DNA of 62,401 nucleotides, from assembly GCA_035291545.1 (NCBI GenBank), contig DATDRW010000087.1:1-62401 (forward strand), given 5' to 3'. How positions within the stretch are numbered: position 1 is the first letter of the stretch; the number at the start of each line of letters is the position of its first letter. This document shows, piece after piece, positions 28,124-36,503 of the stretch. The DNA comes from Acidimicrobiia bacterium (lineage in GTDB: Bacteria; Actinomycetota; Acidimicrobiia; Spongiisociales; UBA11373). The translations under genes were made by a program, and so were the position numbers. The notes under the pieces were generated by a model. It made no database searches. It was not told the DNA's origin and was given only the letters and a program-made list of their open reading frames with translations.

Positions 28124-28851
28124 CGGTAGATGCCGGCGACTTCGAGGGCGAGTTCGGCGATGTCGCCGGTGGCGCTCAGTTCCCCGGGATCATCGGTGTG
28201 GGCCACGACGAGGCGGCACCAATCGCCTGCAGGTCCGCGTATGACGTTTTCTGCGTCCTCCGGGCCGAACACCCACCGGGCGTAGTTGGGTCCCCCGAGT
28301 TCTACCCGGACGTCGTCGTATTCCTCCCCGGCGGCGTCGAAGGCATGGGGAAGCGTCGCCCAGCCGAGCCATGCGACGTGGCGGAGCCGCGGGGTGTCCA
28401 CGATCTCCTTGGCGAGGCTCGTCAGGATCTCGAGGCCGTGGGCCCAGGTGTCGGCCAGACGGATCGTGGCGAAGGTCCGCGCCGAAATCCTGCCGTCGGT
28501 CCAGCGCACCCGCTGGCCGGGCTTCATCCGGCTGAGGGCATCGACGACGTCGGCCCGGGCGAACCGCCACCACTCGATGACTTCTTGCGGGCGCTTGCCC
28601 TTGCCCTCGACGACCCCCGCCTTTTCGAACGTGGTGAGGTCGCCGAAATCGGCGAGGAGGTCGTCGATCGACAACTTCGCGGTGATCAGCCGGGCCGAGT
28701 GCTGCTCCCCCCAGGCGAGGATGGCGATCGTGTCCTGGACGGTCACCCCGCCCGGCGTCACGCGCTGCCGCCAATCCCTGTCCGGTGCTCGCTGGAGGGA
28801 TTGGTCGAGGCCTTGTTGCTCGGCGACGAGGTCGGCGAGGATCTCGCGCAT
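28120..28851 (-). CDS. DinB / mycothiol-dependent maleylpyruvate isomerase superfamily protein (TIGR03084-like)
   Basis: N-terminal four-helix-type region (ILADLVAEQQGLDQSL...WRQRVTPGGVTVQDTIA) plus a C-terminal domain of the size seen in this family. Assignment is by resemblance only. Confidence 0.6.
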   Translation of the reverse strand: MREILADLVAEQQGLDQSLQRAPDRDWRQRVTPGGVTVQDTIAILAWGEQHSARLITAKLSIDDLLADFGDLTTFEKAGVVEGKGKRPQEVIEWWRFARADVVDALSRMKPGQRVRWTDGRISARTFATIRLADTWAHGLEILTSLAKEIVDTPRLRHVAWLGWATLPHAFDAAGEEYDDVRVELGGPNYARWVFGPEDAENVIRGPAGDWCRLVVAHTDDPGELSATGDIAELALEVAGIYR

Positions 28852-28866
28852 GGGGAACCGAGTTTA

Positions 28867-29934
28867 CTAGACGCCGGGAGTGGCTTCTCCCGGGTCGATT
28901 TCGTTGAGTCTGTTCACGAGTAGGCGCAACCGGCCGTGGTTGCGGCGATCGAACCGCAACCTCATGCGGCCGAGCTCCACATGGTCTTCGTCGGAGCGTT
29001 CGGCGTCGGTGGCCTCGATCGCCTCGATCCGGCCCGAGACCACGATGTCGGAGAACTCGTCGTTCAGCGCCTCGATCATCCCGGGATCGGGCCGACGCTG
29101 CATCCGAAGGACCAGGTCATCGTGCACATACCGCTGCGAGTGGTAGTTGCGGTAGAAGCCGCAGATCTCGGCGGCGGCCGCGGCGGCATCCGTCACCAGC
29201 GTGAAGAGGTGGAGGTCGTCGGGGGTGATCATCCCCTGACCGACGACGGTCGAGGTGACGAAGTCGATCCACCCCTGCCAGTACCCGGCGCCCGGGGCTT
29301 CGATCAGCACGATGGGTTGGAGGGGTGCCTTCCCCGTCTGGGCCAGCGTGAGGATCTCGAAGGTCTCGTCCAGAGTGCCGAAGCCGCCGGGGAACAGCGC
29401 AAAAGCGTGCGACTCCTTCACGAACATGAGCTTGCGGGTGAAGAAGTACTTGAAGTTGATGAGGCGAGCGTTGTCGACATAGCGATTCGCCTCGGCTTCG
29501 AACGGGAGGCGGATGTTCACTCCGAAGGAGGCATCGCCGCCGGCGCCCAAATTCGCCGCCTCCATCGTCCCCGGCCCGGCGCCGGTGATGACCATCCAGC
29601 CGCGGTCGTCGGTCATGTGCTGCGCCAGATCGACGGCGAGCCGGTAGTTCGGATGACCGATTGGTGTTCGTGCGGAACCGAACACCGAGAGCTTTCTGAA
29701 GGAGCGATACTGGCCGAACACGAGGAACGAGTACCGCAACTCCTTGAGTGCCGCGTTGACCAGCTTCAGGTCGGCACGGTCGGGGTGATCGCGATGCAGC
29801 TTCAGCGTCGTCACCAGGATCTCGGTGATCAGGTCGGCGTCTTCGTGTTCGTGCCCGTGACCGGCGACTGCATCGGCTGCCAGTTGCCGGATACGGTCGT
29901 CGAGGTCGGGATCGCCCAGGTCGTAGCGGCGCAT
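28867..29934 (-). CDS. LOG family protein (nucleotide 5'-monophosphate nucleosidase / TIGR00730-type) with about a 120-aa C-terminal extension
   Basis: SVFGSAR, ITGAGPGTMEAAN and FPGGFGTLDE motifs. Start is set at ATG 29934, which leaves a divergent spacer to the VOC gene. Confidence 0.8.
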   Translation of the reverse strand: MRRYDLGDPDLDDRIRQLAADAVAGHGHEHEDADLITEILVTTLKLHRDHPDRADLKLVNAALKELRYSFLVFGQYRSFRKLSVFGSARTPIGHPNYRLAVDLAQHMTDDRGWMVITGAGPGTMEAANLGAGGDASFGVNIRLPFEAEANRYVDNARLINFKYFFTRKLMFVKESHAFALFPGGFGTLDETFEILTLAQTGKAPLQPIVLIEAPGAGYWQGWIDFVTSTVVGQGMITPDDLHLFTLVTDAAAAAAEICGFYRNYHSQRYVHDDLVLRMQRRPDPGMIEALNDEFSDIVVSGRIEAIEATDAERSDEDHVELGRMRLRFDRRNHGRLRLLVNRLNEIDPGEATPGV

Positions 29935-30026
29935 CGAGACACGACGGTAGTGGGGCCCGGGCGGTGGACCGTCCGGCGGGCGATGTCCGCCCGCTCCTAG
30001 AGTCGGGCGAGCGACGGAGGACATCC

Positions 30027-30425
30027 GTGCAGGTCGAGCGAACCCACCAGGTGGCACAACGCGCCGTCGACCTGGCTCGAGCCGTCGCGTTCTACCGAGA
30101 CACGCTGGGTCTGCCCCTCATCGCCGTGTTCGATCCGCCGGGACTGGCGTTCTTCGACCTGGGAAATGTCCGGCTGCTCATCGAACGGGAGGCCCCGTCG
30201 GCCCTGCTGTACCTCGAGGTCGCCGACATCGAGGCGACGTATGCCGCTCTCGCCGCGTCCGGGGTGGAGACGGTGGATTCGCCCCACCTCATCTTCCGCG
30301 ACGATGCCGGCACCTTTGGACCCGCAGGCACCGGGGAATGGATGGCCTTCTTCCGCGACTCGGAGGGCAATCTCGTCGGGTTGGTGGAGCGTCGTCCTCC
30401 GAATTCGCAATCTTCAAGCGGGTAG
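30027..30425 (+). CDS. VOC (glyoxalase/bleomycin resistance/dioxygenase) family protein
   Basis: VDLARAVAFYRDTLGL..., FRDSEGNLVGLVE. GTG 30027 is preceded by GGAGG. The TAG stop lies inside the first unit of the downstream heptamer array. Confidence 0.75.
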   Translation: MQVERTHQVAQRAVDLARAVAFYRDTLGLPLIAVFDPPGLAFFDLGNVRLLIEREAPSALLYLEVADIEATYAALAASGVETVDSPHLIFRDDAGTFGPAGTGEWMAFFRDSEGNLVGLVERRPPNSQSSSG

Positions 30426-30489
30426 CGGGTAGCGGGTGACGGGTAACGGGCGACGGGCGTCGGGCGTCGGGTAACGGGTAACGGGCGAC
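30420..30489. repeat. Heptanucleotide tandem array GGGYRNC x10 (ten GGG tracts with 4-nt loops), filling a convergent spacer
   Basis: Read directly: GGGTAGC GGGTAGC GGGTGAC GGGTAAC GGGCGAC GGGCGTC GGGCGTC GGGTAAC GGGTAAC GGGCGAC. It contains the TAG stop of the VOC gene (30423-30425) and abuts the TAG stop (CTA 30489-30491) of the AAA+ gene. Confidence 0.92.
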
Positions 30490-31481
30490 TACCTGCCGAA
30501 GGGCGGTCCCTCGGGTCCGCGCCGCGCCACCGCGGACCACACCGTCTCGTAGTGGTCCTCGTCGAAGGGGTCGATGTGGCTCACCACGAACTCCTCCCAG
30601 GAGCGGCGCAGCGGATCGGCGTCGTCGGCGTACATCCACAGGCCGGCGGGGATCCGGTCGAGTATGGCGCGCAGGCTCATCGGCGTTCCCACCCGGGTGC
30701 GGGCGTCCCTCGAGGTGAAGGACTCGTTGACCTCGACGGCGAGCCGGGCGATGGTGGTGACGAAGGCCGCCTTCAGCTTGGGATACCGCCGGCCGAGCAT
30801 GGCCTCGATCTGGGTCACGTCGGGGAAGCGCTTCTCCCAGATCACCCAGCGGTCGGCGAACGCCTTGTTCAGGGTCTGGGTGCCTGCGTAGTCGCGCAGG
30901 TCCGTGGGGTTCATGGTTCCGAAAACACGGGTGTCGGGCCGGAGTTGCACGGTCTCTCCGGTGGGGAGATCGAGCGCCTGGTAGCGGTCGAGGAGCGCGT
31001 GCAGGGCGAACAGCGTTTCTGCCCCTGCCGCGTTGAGCTCGGACAGGTTGAGCAGCGCCGGGCCCCGCAGCGCCCGGGTGATGTCGCCGTCTTCCCATCG
31101 GCTCTCGGTTCCCCCCCTCCCGTCTCCATACAGCTTGACCGACCCGATCAGGGTGATGTCGCGCACCTCGCCGGTGAGCGGGATGCGGAAGTAGGGGAGG
31201 CGGAGCAGGGAGGCGAACTGCTCGAGGTCGTGGTCCTTGCCGGTGCCCATGTGCCCGCGCAGTGCCACGTGGAGGGGGGTGTCGGTCACCCTGGTGCGGC
31301 GCACCCGCTCCAGGGCGGCCAGCTTGTAGAGCATCCCCAGGTCGACATAGTGCGGGTCGGGCTCCGGGATCTTCCCCGAGCGCTGCACGAAGTCGGGGAG
31401 GTCGGCGGGCACGGAGAACGTGGTCAGCTCGATCGGCTTGCGCAGGCCGGCGGGGTCGGTGAAAGTGACGGAGTCAGGCAT
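30489..31481 (-). CDS. CobS-like AAA+ ATPase (AAA_5 / MoxR-CbbQ-CobS clade) with atypical Walker A and B
   Basis: Colinear with the CobS layout: IPEPDPHYVD, GHMGTGKDHDLEQFASLLRLPYFRIPL (Walker A with Asp after the Lys), ALLNLSELNAAGAETLFALHALLD (Walker B position reads SE, not DE), VFGTMNP (sensor 1), FADRWVIW. 330 aa. Confidence 0.8.
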   Translation of the reverse strand: MPDSVTFTDPAGLRKPIELTTFSVPADLPDFVQRSGKIPEPDPHYVDLGMLYKLAALERVRRTRVTDTPLHVALRGHMGTGKDHDLEQFASLLRLPYFRIPLTGEVRDITLIGSVKLYGDGRGGTESRWEDGDITRALRGPALLNLSELNAAGAETLFALHALLDRYQALDLPTGETVQLRPDTRVFGTMNPTDLRDYAGTQTLNKAFADRWVIWEKRFPDVTQIEAMLGRRYPKLKAAFVTTIARLAVEVNESFTSRDARTRVGTPMSLRAILDRIPAGLWMYADDADPLRRSWEEFVVSHIDPFDEDHYETVWSAVARRGPEGPPFGR

Positions 31482-31505
31482 CGGTTCTCCTCGGCGGCCG
31501 GTGGT

Positions 31506-33665
31506 TCATCGCGGTGCCGCCCGGACCGTCTGTCCCGGCGGCGGCGTCTCCGCCCGTTCTGCCCGCGACTGCTGATCGTAGAGGCGGCCCTCGTGCCCCC
31601 ACCAGGTGTCGCCTCCCGTGAGGACGATGCTCCGGCGCAGGGCGGAGCGCACCCCGTCGATCATTGCCCGGGTGAGCGCCTCCGGCCGGGCGACCACCCG
31701 GCTTCGCGAATACGCCGCTTCCACGGTCGCGTCGCCGATGCCGATGCCGAGCACCGTCGTGCCCGACCCCTCGACGGCGTCGACGGATGCGGTGAGGGTC
31801 TCGATGGATCCGCGGGTCATGCCGTCGGCGAGGACGACGAGCATCCGTACCTGAGTGCGTCGGGCGGCGAGCCTTTCGGCCGCGTGGCTCACGTTGAGCT
31901 CGTCGACGTTGGCCGCCTTCTCGAACATCGACACCGGCGGCGCCTGATCGGATTCCTTGCGGGCCACGGTTGCCGCCTCGGCCGGCTTGGCTGCGGTCCA
32001 AAAGAGCCCGGCCAATGTCGGCTCAGCCGCCTCCCAGCGCTGGTCGAAGGACTTGACCACGTAGTGATTCACCGTCCTGGTGAGGCGGTCGGCGGCGCCG
32101 CCTTGCGACCTGCGCAGTGCTCCCCGGGTGGCGTTGAGCCTGTTGACGTACGAGCGCTCCGTGTCCTCCGGCCGCGCCGCAAAAGCCCGGTTGAACAGCG
32201 CCACCTCGAACTCGACCTGCAACTCGTCGCAGAGGCGGGCCAGGGTCACCGCCCCCAGGGTCGCCGCCGCCATCGCCCACGGCGCCTTGATCCCGCTGGG
32301 AAGAGGGCGCGGTTGGAGCATGCTCGCAGATCCGTCGACGAGCAGACTCACTGCGTAGGCGCGCCGGATGGGGAGCGCCCGCCGCTCGAACATGCGCTGG
32401 TACAGACCGGCGCCGAGAAAGAGCGCGGCATACGGCGAGAGATCGCCGGCGTCGTACCCGCTGCGCAGACCCCTCCGCTGGTTGGCGATGAAGAGCGGGT
32501 GCAACTCGCCCGAGATGTGGCGCTGGGCCACCTCCCAGCGGCGCGCAGCTTCGCTGAGAGCCTCCCGTCCCGGTTCTGCAAACCGGCCGAAGCGGTCGGG
32601 GATCCTGGACACGATCAGCTTGCCGGACTGCCCAGTCGGGAGGTACACGTCGGGGGCTTCCGACACGCGAAGGATCTGGTCGGTGGCGGGATCACCTGCC
32701 TCGTCGCTCTCGCCTTTGCGGCCCTGGGTCGACGTCATTTGGACCATGCTGTGCCGGGTGGCGTCGTACGACTCGGCATCCCGCAGGATGGGCGAGATCA
32801 TCCTCACGGCGTCGACGCCGTTGTCGATCTCGTCGCGGTTCGATTCCCCGCGCTCGGCCCGCTCCAACCGTGTCTCACGGGGCGACGCCTCGGTGAGGAG
32901 CCCGTGTTCCCGGGCGACGGCGAGCAACTCGAGTGCGACGGTCGCCGCTTCCCAGGGCCCCGGCGCCCTCCTGGCCTCGGCGATCAACGCCCGTGCCTCT
33001 TCGAGGGCCGTGGCCACGGCCGGTTCCGCACCTCGCTGCACGGTGTCGACCTCCTGGTACCCGCCGACGCCGAGAAAGCACGCCAGGGCGAATTGGCCCA
33101 TCGGCCGCGCCCGTTCCATCGCGGCCGGAATCGCGGCCCGGTAGATGTCGCCGAGCACAGAGCGCGCCCCGGGGTAGACGTCGAGGTTCTGTGACTCCTG
33201 GCGGGCATCTTCGACGGCGAGAAACATCGCCTCGGCCGCCGGGCCGCCGGCCCGGTCGATGGCGTCGAGCAGCGGTACCGGATCCTCGGGGAGCGTTTCG
33301 TTACGGTCCAAGAACCACTCGGGGGGCAGGGGGCGCCGCTCGTCGAAGTCGGTGGCGACGAGGTGGACCGCCTCGTGGAGAGCCGCCGCCAGCGCCACCT
33401 CCGCCGGGGTGACCGGCGCCCGGCGGGCGTAGGCGGCCTGGAACACCCCCGGATCCATGACGATCTCGCCCGGCGACGCCGAGGTGCGCGAGCCGAGCCT
33501 CACCCGGAGGTCGTCGTTACCGGCGAGCGATCTGGCGAATCGGGTGACGGCCGGGGCCACCCGCTGGTAGCGGGCCACGACCGCCTCGACGGCGCGTTCT
33601 TCCGCCGGGAGGATCTCGGTGAGCAACGGTTCTTCACGGCGACGCACAGCCGGCCATTGTCCCAC
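31506..33665 (-). CDS. CobT-like VWA domain protein (partner of the AAA+ ATPase)
   Basis: C-terminal VWA domain with an intact MIDAS (LLVDGSASM ... VVLADGMT). The N-terminal region resembles CobT/NorD-type partners and contains HEAVH. Start is uncertain (GTG 33665 or 33647); the upstream part of the 842-aa track ORF would run into the divergent liv promoter and gene. Confidence 0.72.
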   Translation of the reverse strand: MGQWPAVRRREEPLLTEILPAEERAVEAVVARYQRVAPAVTRFARSLAGNDDLRVRLGSRTSASPGEIVMDPGVFQAAYARRAPVTPAEVALAAALHEAVHLVATDFDERRPLPPEWFLDRNETLPEDPVPLLDAIDRAGGPAAEAMFLAVEDARQESQNLDVYPGARSVLGDIYRAAIPAAMERARPMGQFALACFLGVGGYQEVDTVQRGAEPAVATALEEARALIAEARRAPGPWEAATVALELLAVAREHGLLTEASPRETRLERAERGESNRDEIDNGVDAVRMISPILRDAESYDATRHSMVQMTSTQGRKGESDEAGDPATDQILRVSEAPDVYLPTGQSGKLIVSRIPDRFGRFAEPGREALSEAARRWEVAQRHISGELHPLFIANQRRGLRSGYDAGDLSPYAALFLGAGLYQRMFERRALPIRRAYAVSLLVDGSASMLQPRPLPSGIKAPWAMAAATLGAVTLARLCDELQVEFEVALFNRAFAARPEDTERSYVNRLNATRGALRRSQGGAADRLTRTVNHYVVKSFDQRWEAAEPTLAGLFWTAAKPAEAATVARKESDQAPPVSMFEKAANVDELNVSHAAERLAARRTQVRMLVVLADGMTRGSIETLTASVDAVEGSGTTVLGIGIGDATVEAAYSRSRVVARPEALTRAMIDGVRSALRRSIVLTGGDTWWGHEGRLYDQQSRAERAETPPPGQTVRAAPR

Positions 33666-33783
33666 GGCACGGCCGTGCCCGCCCCTGGGTGGCCCCAACA
33701 CCCGGGCACCCGCATGGCTACACTCGCTGGTTCCGGGCCGGGGCTCGCCCCGGTCCGGTTCCACAATGGAGGGAAACAAACCA

Positions 33784-35139
33784 ATGAGTCGGAGAATCAA
33801 CATCTTCCGGCCGCTGGGTGTGCTGCTGATCGTGCTGGCCCTCGTTGCCGTCGCCTGTGGCGACGACGACGCCGTGACCACGACGACCGGCGGCGGTGAC
33901 ACGTTCACCCCCGGTGCGCTTGGATATATCGAGGTTGCCCCGGGCGCCCCGCTCGAGATCCGTGCTCTGCAGTCGATCTCGGGCGATACGTCGTTCCTGG
34001 GTACCGACCAGGTCCGCGGCGTCGAACTCGCCATCGCCGACTACGGCGATGTTGCGGGGCACTCCGTGAGCCTGGGCACCGTCGAAGACGACCTGTGCTC
34101 GGCCGAGGGTGGCCAGGCGGGCGCGCAGAACATTCTGGCGCAGCTGGCTCCGATCGCGGGCACGGACAACGGCTTCACCGGCCCGCTCGGCGTGATCGGC
34201 ACCACCTGCTCGGGCGCGGCCCGTGCGGCGTTGCCGTTGCTCTCGGCGGCCGGATCGGTCCTCATCTCGGGTTCGAACACGGGGCCGTCGATGACGCAGA
34301 GCCCGTTCGGCACCGCCGGTGAGAACTACGCCCCCGGTTACTACCGGACCGCGCACAACGACCTGTTCCAGGGTGGTGCGGTGGCCCGGTTCGCCTACAA
34401 CGTCCTTGGTGTCCGCACGGTGGGCGCCATCCATGACGGCGATCCGTACACCGACGGGCTGGCTACGGCGTTCGCCGACGCCTTCACCGAGCTCGGTGGC
34501 ACGGTCTCGGTGTACACCGCGACGATCGCCGATCCCGGCGACACCGACAAGACCGCGGTCCTCACCGAGGTCGCTGCCGGTGCTCCCGAACTCGTCTTCT
34601 TCCCGATCTTCCAGCCCGCGGGTGACTTCATCATCCAGCAGGCGGGCGGGATCGCCGGGCTCGAAGACGTGATCTGGGTCGGTGCCGACGGCATCCTCGT
34701 GGATGACTTCCTGGCGATCCCCGAGACCGAGGGTATGTACTTCTCGGGTCCGGACCTTCGCTTCGGGACCAACACCTCGCTGACGGGTAAGTCGTACAAC
34801 GACTTCCTGGCCGACTACGAGGCCGCCTACGGCCTGACGCCGCCCGCAGCGTTCCATGCCCACACCTACGACGCCACGGTGCTGCTCTTGAGCACGATCG
34901 AGGCGATCGCATTCGAGGAGGCCGACGGCACCCTGAAGATCGACCGGCAGGCGTTGCGCGATGCGCTGACCGCCACGTCCGGGTTTGCAGGAGTGACCGG
35001 CACGCTGTCGTGCGACGCGTTTGGTGACTGTGCCTCGCAGACGATCTCGATCATCCACCATGAGGACCCGAGCGACATCGCGGCGAGCAAGGCCAACGTC
35101 GTCTACAGCGAAGCCGCTGGGGTGGCAGCCGCAGGCTGA
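33784..35139 (+). CDS. Branched-chain amino acid ABC transporter substrate-binding lipoprotein (LivJ/K-like)
   Basis: MSRRINIFRPLGVLLIVLALVAVACGDD (lipobox) plus a type I periplasmic binding fold pattern. GGAGGG lies 10 nt upstream of ATG 33784. Confidence 0.88.
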   Translation: MSRRINIFRPLGVLLIVLALVAVACGDDDAVTTTTGGGDTFTPGALGYIEVAPGAPLEIRALQSISGDTSFLGTDQVRGVELAIADYGDVAGHSVSLGTVEDDLCSAEGGQAGAQNILAQLAPIAGTDNGFTGPLGVIGTTCSGAARAALPLLSAAGSVLISGSNTGPSMTQSPFGTAGENYAPGYYRTAHNDLFQGGAVARFAYNVLGVRTVGAIHDGDPYTDGLATAFADAFTELGGTVSVYTATIADPGDTDKTAVLTEVAAGAPELVFFPIFQPAGDFIIQQAGGIAGLEDVIWVGADGILVDDFLAIPETEGMYFSGPDLRFGTNTSLTGKSYNDFLADYEAAYGLTPPAAFHAHTYDATVLLLSTIEAIAFEEADGTLKIDRQALRDALTATSGFAGVTGTLSCDAFGDCASQTISIIHHEDPSDIAASKANVVYSEAAGVAAAG

Positions 35140-35162
35140 GCCCATCGGATTCGATTCGGTGA

Positions 35163-35194
35163 GGGGAGGCCCGGCCATGGGGGCGGGCCTCCCC
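35163..35194 (+). terminator. Perfect 11-bp GC-rich stem-loop between the binding-protein and permease genes
   Basis: GGGGAGGCCCG (35163-35173), a 10-nt loop, CGGGCCTCCCC (35184-35194), then TT. Possibly an intra-operon attenuator or mRNA stabiliser. Confidence 0.45.
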
Positions 35195-35216
35195 TTCCCA
35201 TAACCCGGAAGACACC

Positions 35217-36503
35217 ATGACGACGTCGAACACCGCCCTGCGGCGCATCCTCGCCCTCGACGCACCGACCCTCGCGGTCGACTTTTTCCTGTTCGCCCTC
35301 AAGATGTTCCTGCTGTTCGTCGCCGTCTGGGCGGTGGCGGGCACCATCGCGCTCCAGGTGGCCGGAGAGGGTCTTCCCGCCGACGCCTGGAGAGACGTCG
35401 TGGTCGGCGGCCTCGCCCAGGGATTCATGTACGGGCTCATCGCCCTCGGCTACTCGATGGTCTACGGCGTGCTCGGCTTCATCAACTTCGCCCACGGCGA
35501 GGTGTTCATGGCCGGGGGGATGACCGGCTACCTCGTCGCCGACGCCCTCTTCGACGCCGGGATGTGGGAATCGGCCTTCCTGCTCGCCTTCGGCATCGTG
35601 CTGCTCACCGCGGTGGTGTCGTCGAGCGTGATGGCGGTGCTGATCGAGCGCATCGCCTATCGCCCGCTCCGCGGCGCCCCCCGCCTGATCCCGCTGATCA
35701 CCTCGATCGGGATGTCGTTCTTCATCCAGTACGCGGTGCGCGGTCTCGTCGGCGAGTCGTTCCAGACGTTTCCGCAGCTTCCGGTCGGGCTCCAGGAGCG
35801 CGTCTCGATTCTCGGGGTGGAGATCGAAGGCATCAAGTTGTTCGTGATCTGCACCGCGATCGTGTCCATGATCGGGCTCTGGGCGTTCGTCAACCGGTCG
35901 AAGACGGGTCGAGCCATCAGGGCGGTTTCCGAGGACAAGGAGATCGCCGGGCTGATGGGGATCGACGTCAACCGGGTCATCGTCACCACCTTCGCCGTCG
36001 GCGGCGCCATGGCCGGTGTCGCCGGGTTGCTGTGGGCGATGCTGTTCCGCAAGGTCTATTTCTTGACGGGGTTCCTCCCCGGGATCAAGGCCTTTACCGC
36101 CGCGGTCCTCGGCGGCATCGGCAACCTCGTCGGGGCCATGCTCGGCGGGGTCACCCTCGGTCTGCTCGAGGCCTCGGGACCGACGCTGATCGGCGGCCTC
36201 CGGTGGCAGATCCCCGCCTGGGCGGGGGTGGCGGTTTCCATCATCGCCGTGGGCGGGGTGGTGTTGGGGCTGCGGATCGTGCGCCGCGCCGAGCCGGGTC
36301 GTCTCGGCGCCGGACTCGGCTACGTGTTGTTCGGTGCGGTCGGGTTGGTCCTCGGGCTGCTGGTGCTTCCCGGGTCGACGGTCACCATCCCCGGTGCCGC
36401 GCAACTCAAGGACATGATCGCCTTCATCGTGCTGATCGGGGTGCTGATGATCCGGCCCATCGGTCTGCTCGGGGAGCGGCTGGCGGTGGAGGAGCGGGTG
36501 TGA
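35217..36503 (+). CDS. livH: Branched-chain amino acid ABC transporter permease (LivH-like, extended)
   Basis: GFMYGLIALGYSMVYGVLGFINFAHGE and a LivH-type core; 428 aa. Confidence 0.85.
   Translation: MTTSNTALRRILALDAPTLAVDFFLFALKMFLLFVAVWAVAGTIALQVAGEGLPADAWRDVVVGGLAQGFMYGLIALGYSMVYGVLGFINFAHGEVFMAGGMTGYLVADALFDAGMWESAFLLAFGIVLLTAVVSSSVMAVLIERIAYRPLRGAPRLIPLITSIGMSFFIQYAVRGLVGESFQTFPQLPVGLQERVSILGVEIEGIKLFVICTAIVSMIGLWAFVNRSKTGRAIRAVSEDKEIAGLMGIDVNRVIVTTFAVGGAMAGVAGLLWAMLFRKVYFLTGFLPGIKAFTAAVLGGIGNLVGAMLGGVTLGLLEASGPTLIGGLRWQIPAWAGVAVSIIAVGGVVLGLRIVRRAEPGRLGAGLGYVLFGAVGLVLGLLVLPGSTVTIPGAAQLKDMIAFIVLIGVLMIRPIGLLGERLAVEERV

Noticed and set aside
30552-33194. 880-aa plus-strand ORF antisense to the AAA+ and VWA genes
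   Set aside because: The minus strand encodes proteins with Walker, sensor and MIDAS motifs. The plus-strand product is low-complexity (Gly/Arg/Pro/His) with no motif.
30489-33665. Straightforward annotation as cobaltochelatase subunits CobS/CobT
   Set aside because: No cobN or other cobalamin genes are in the window, and the ATPase has non-canonical Walker residues. The pair is kept as CobS/CobT-like, with function open pending a whole-genome check.
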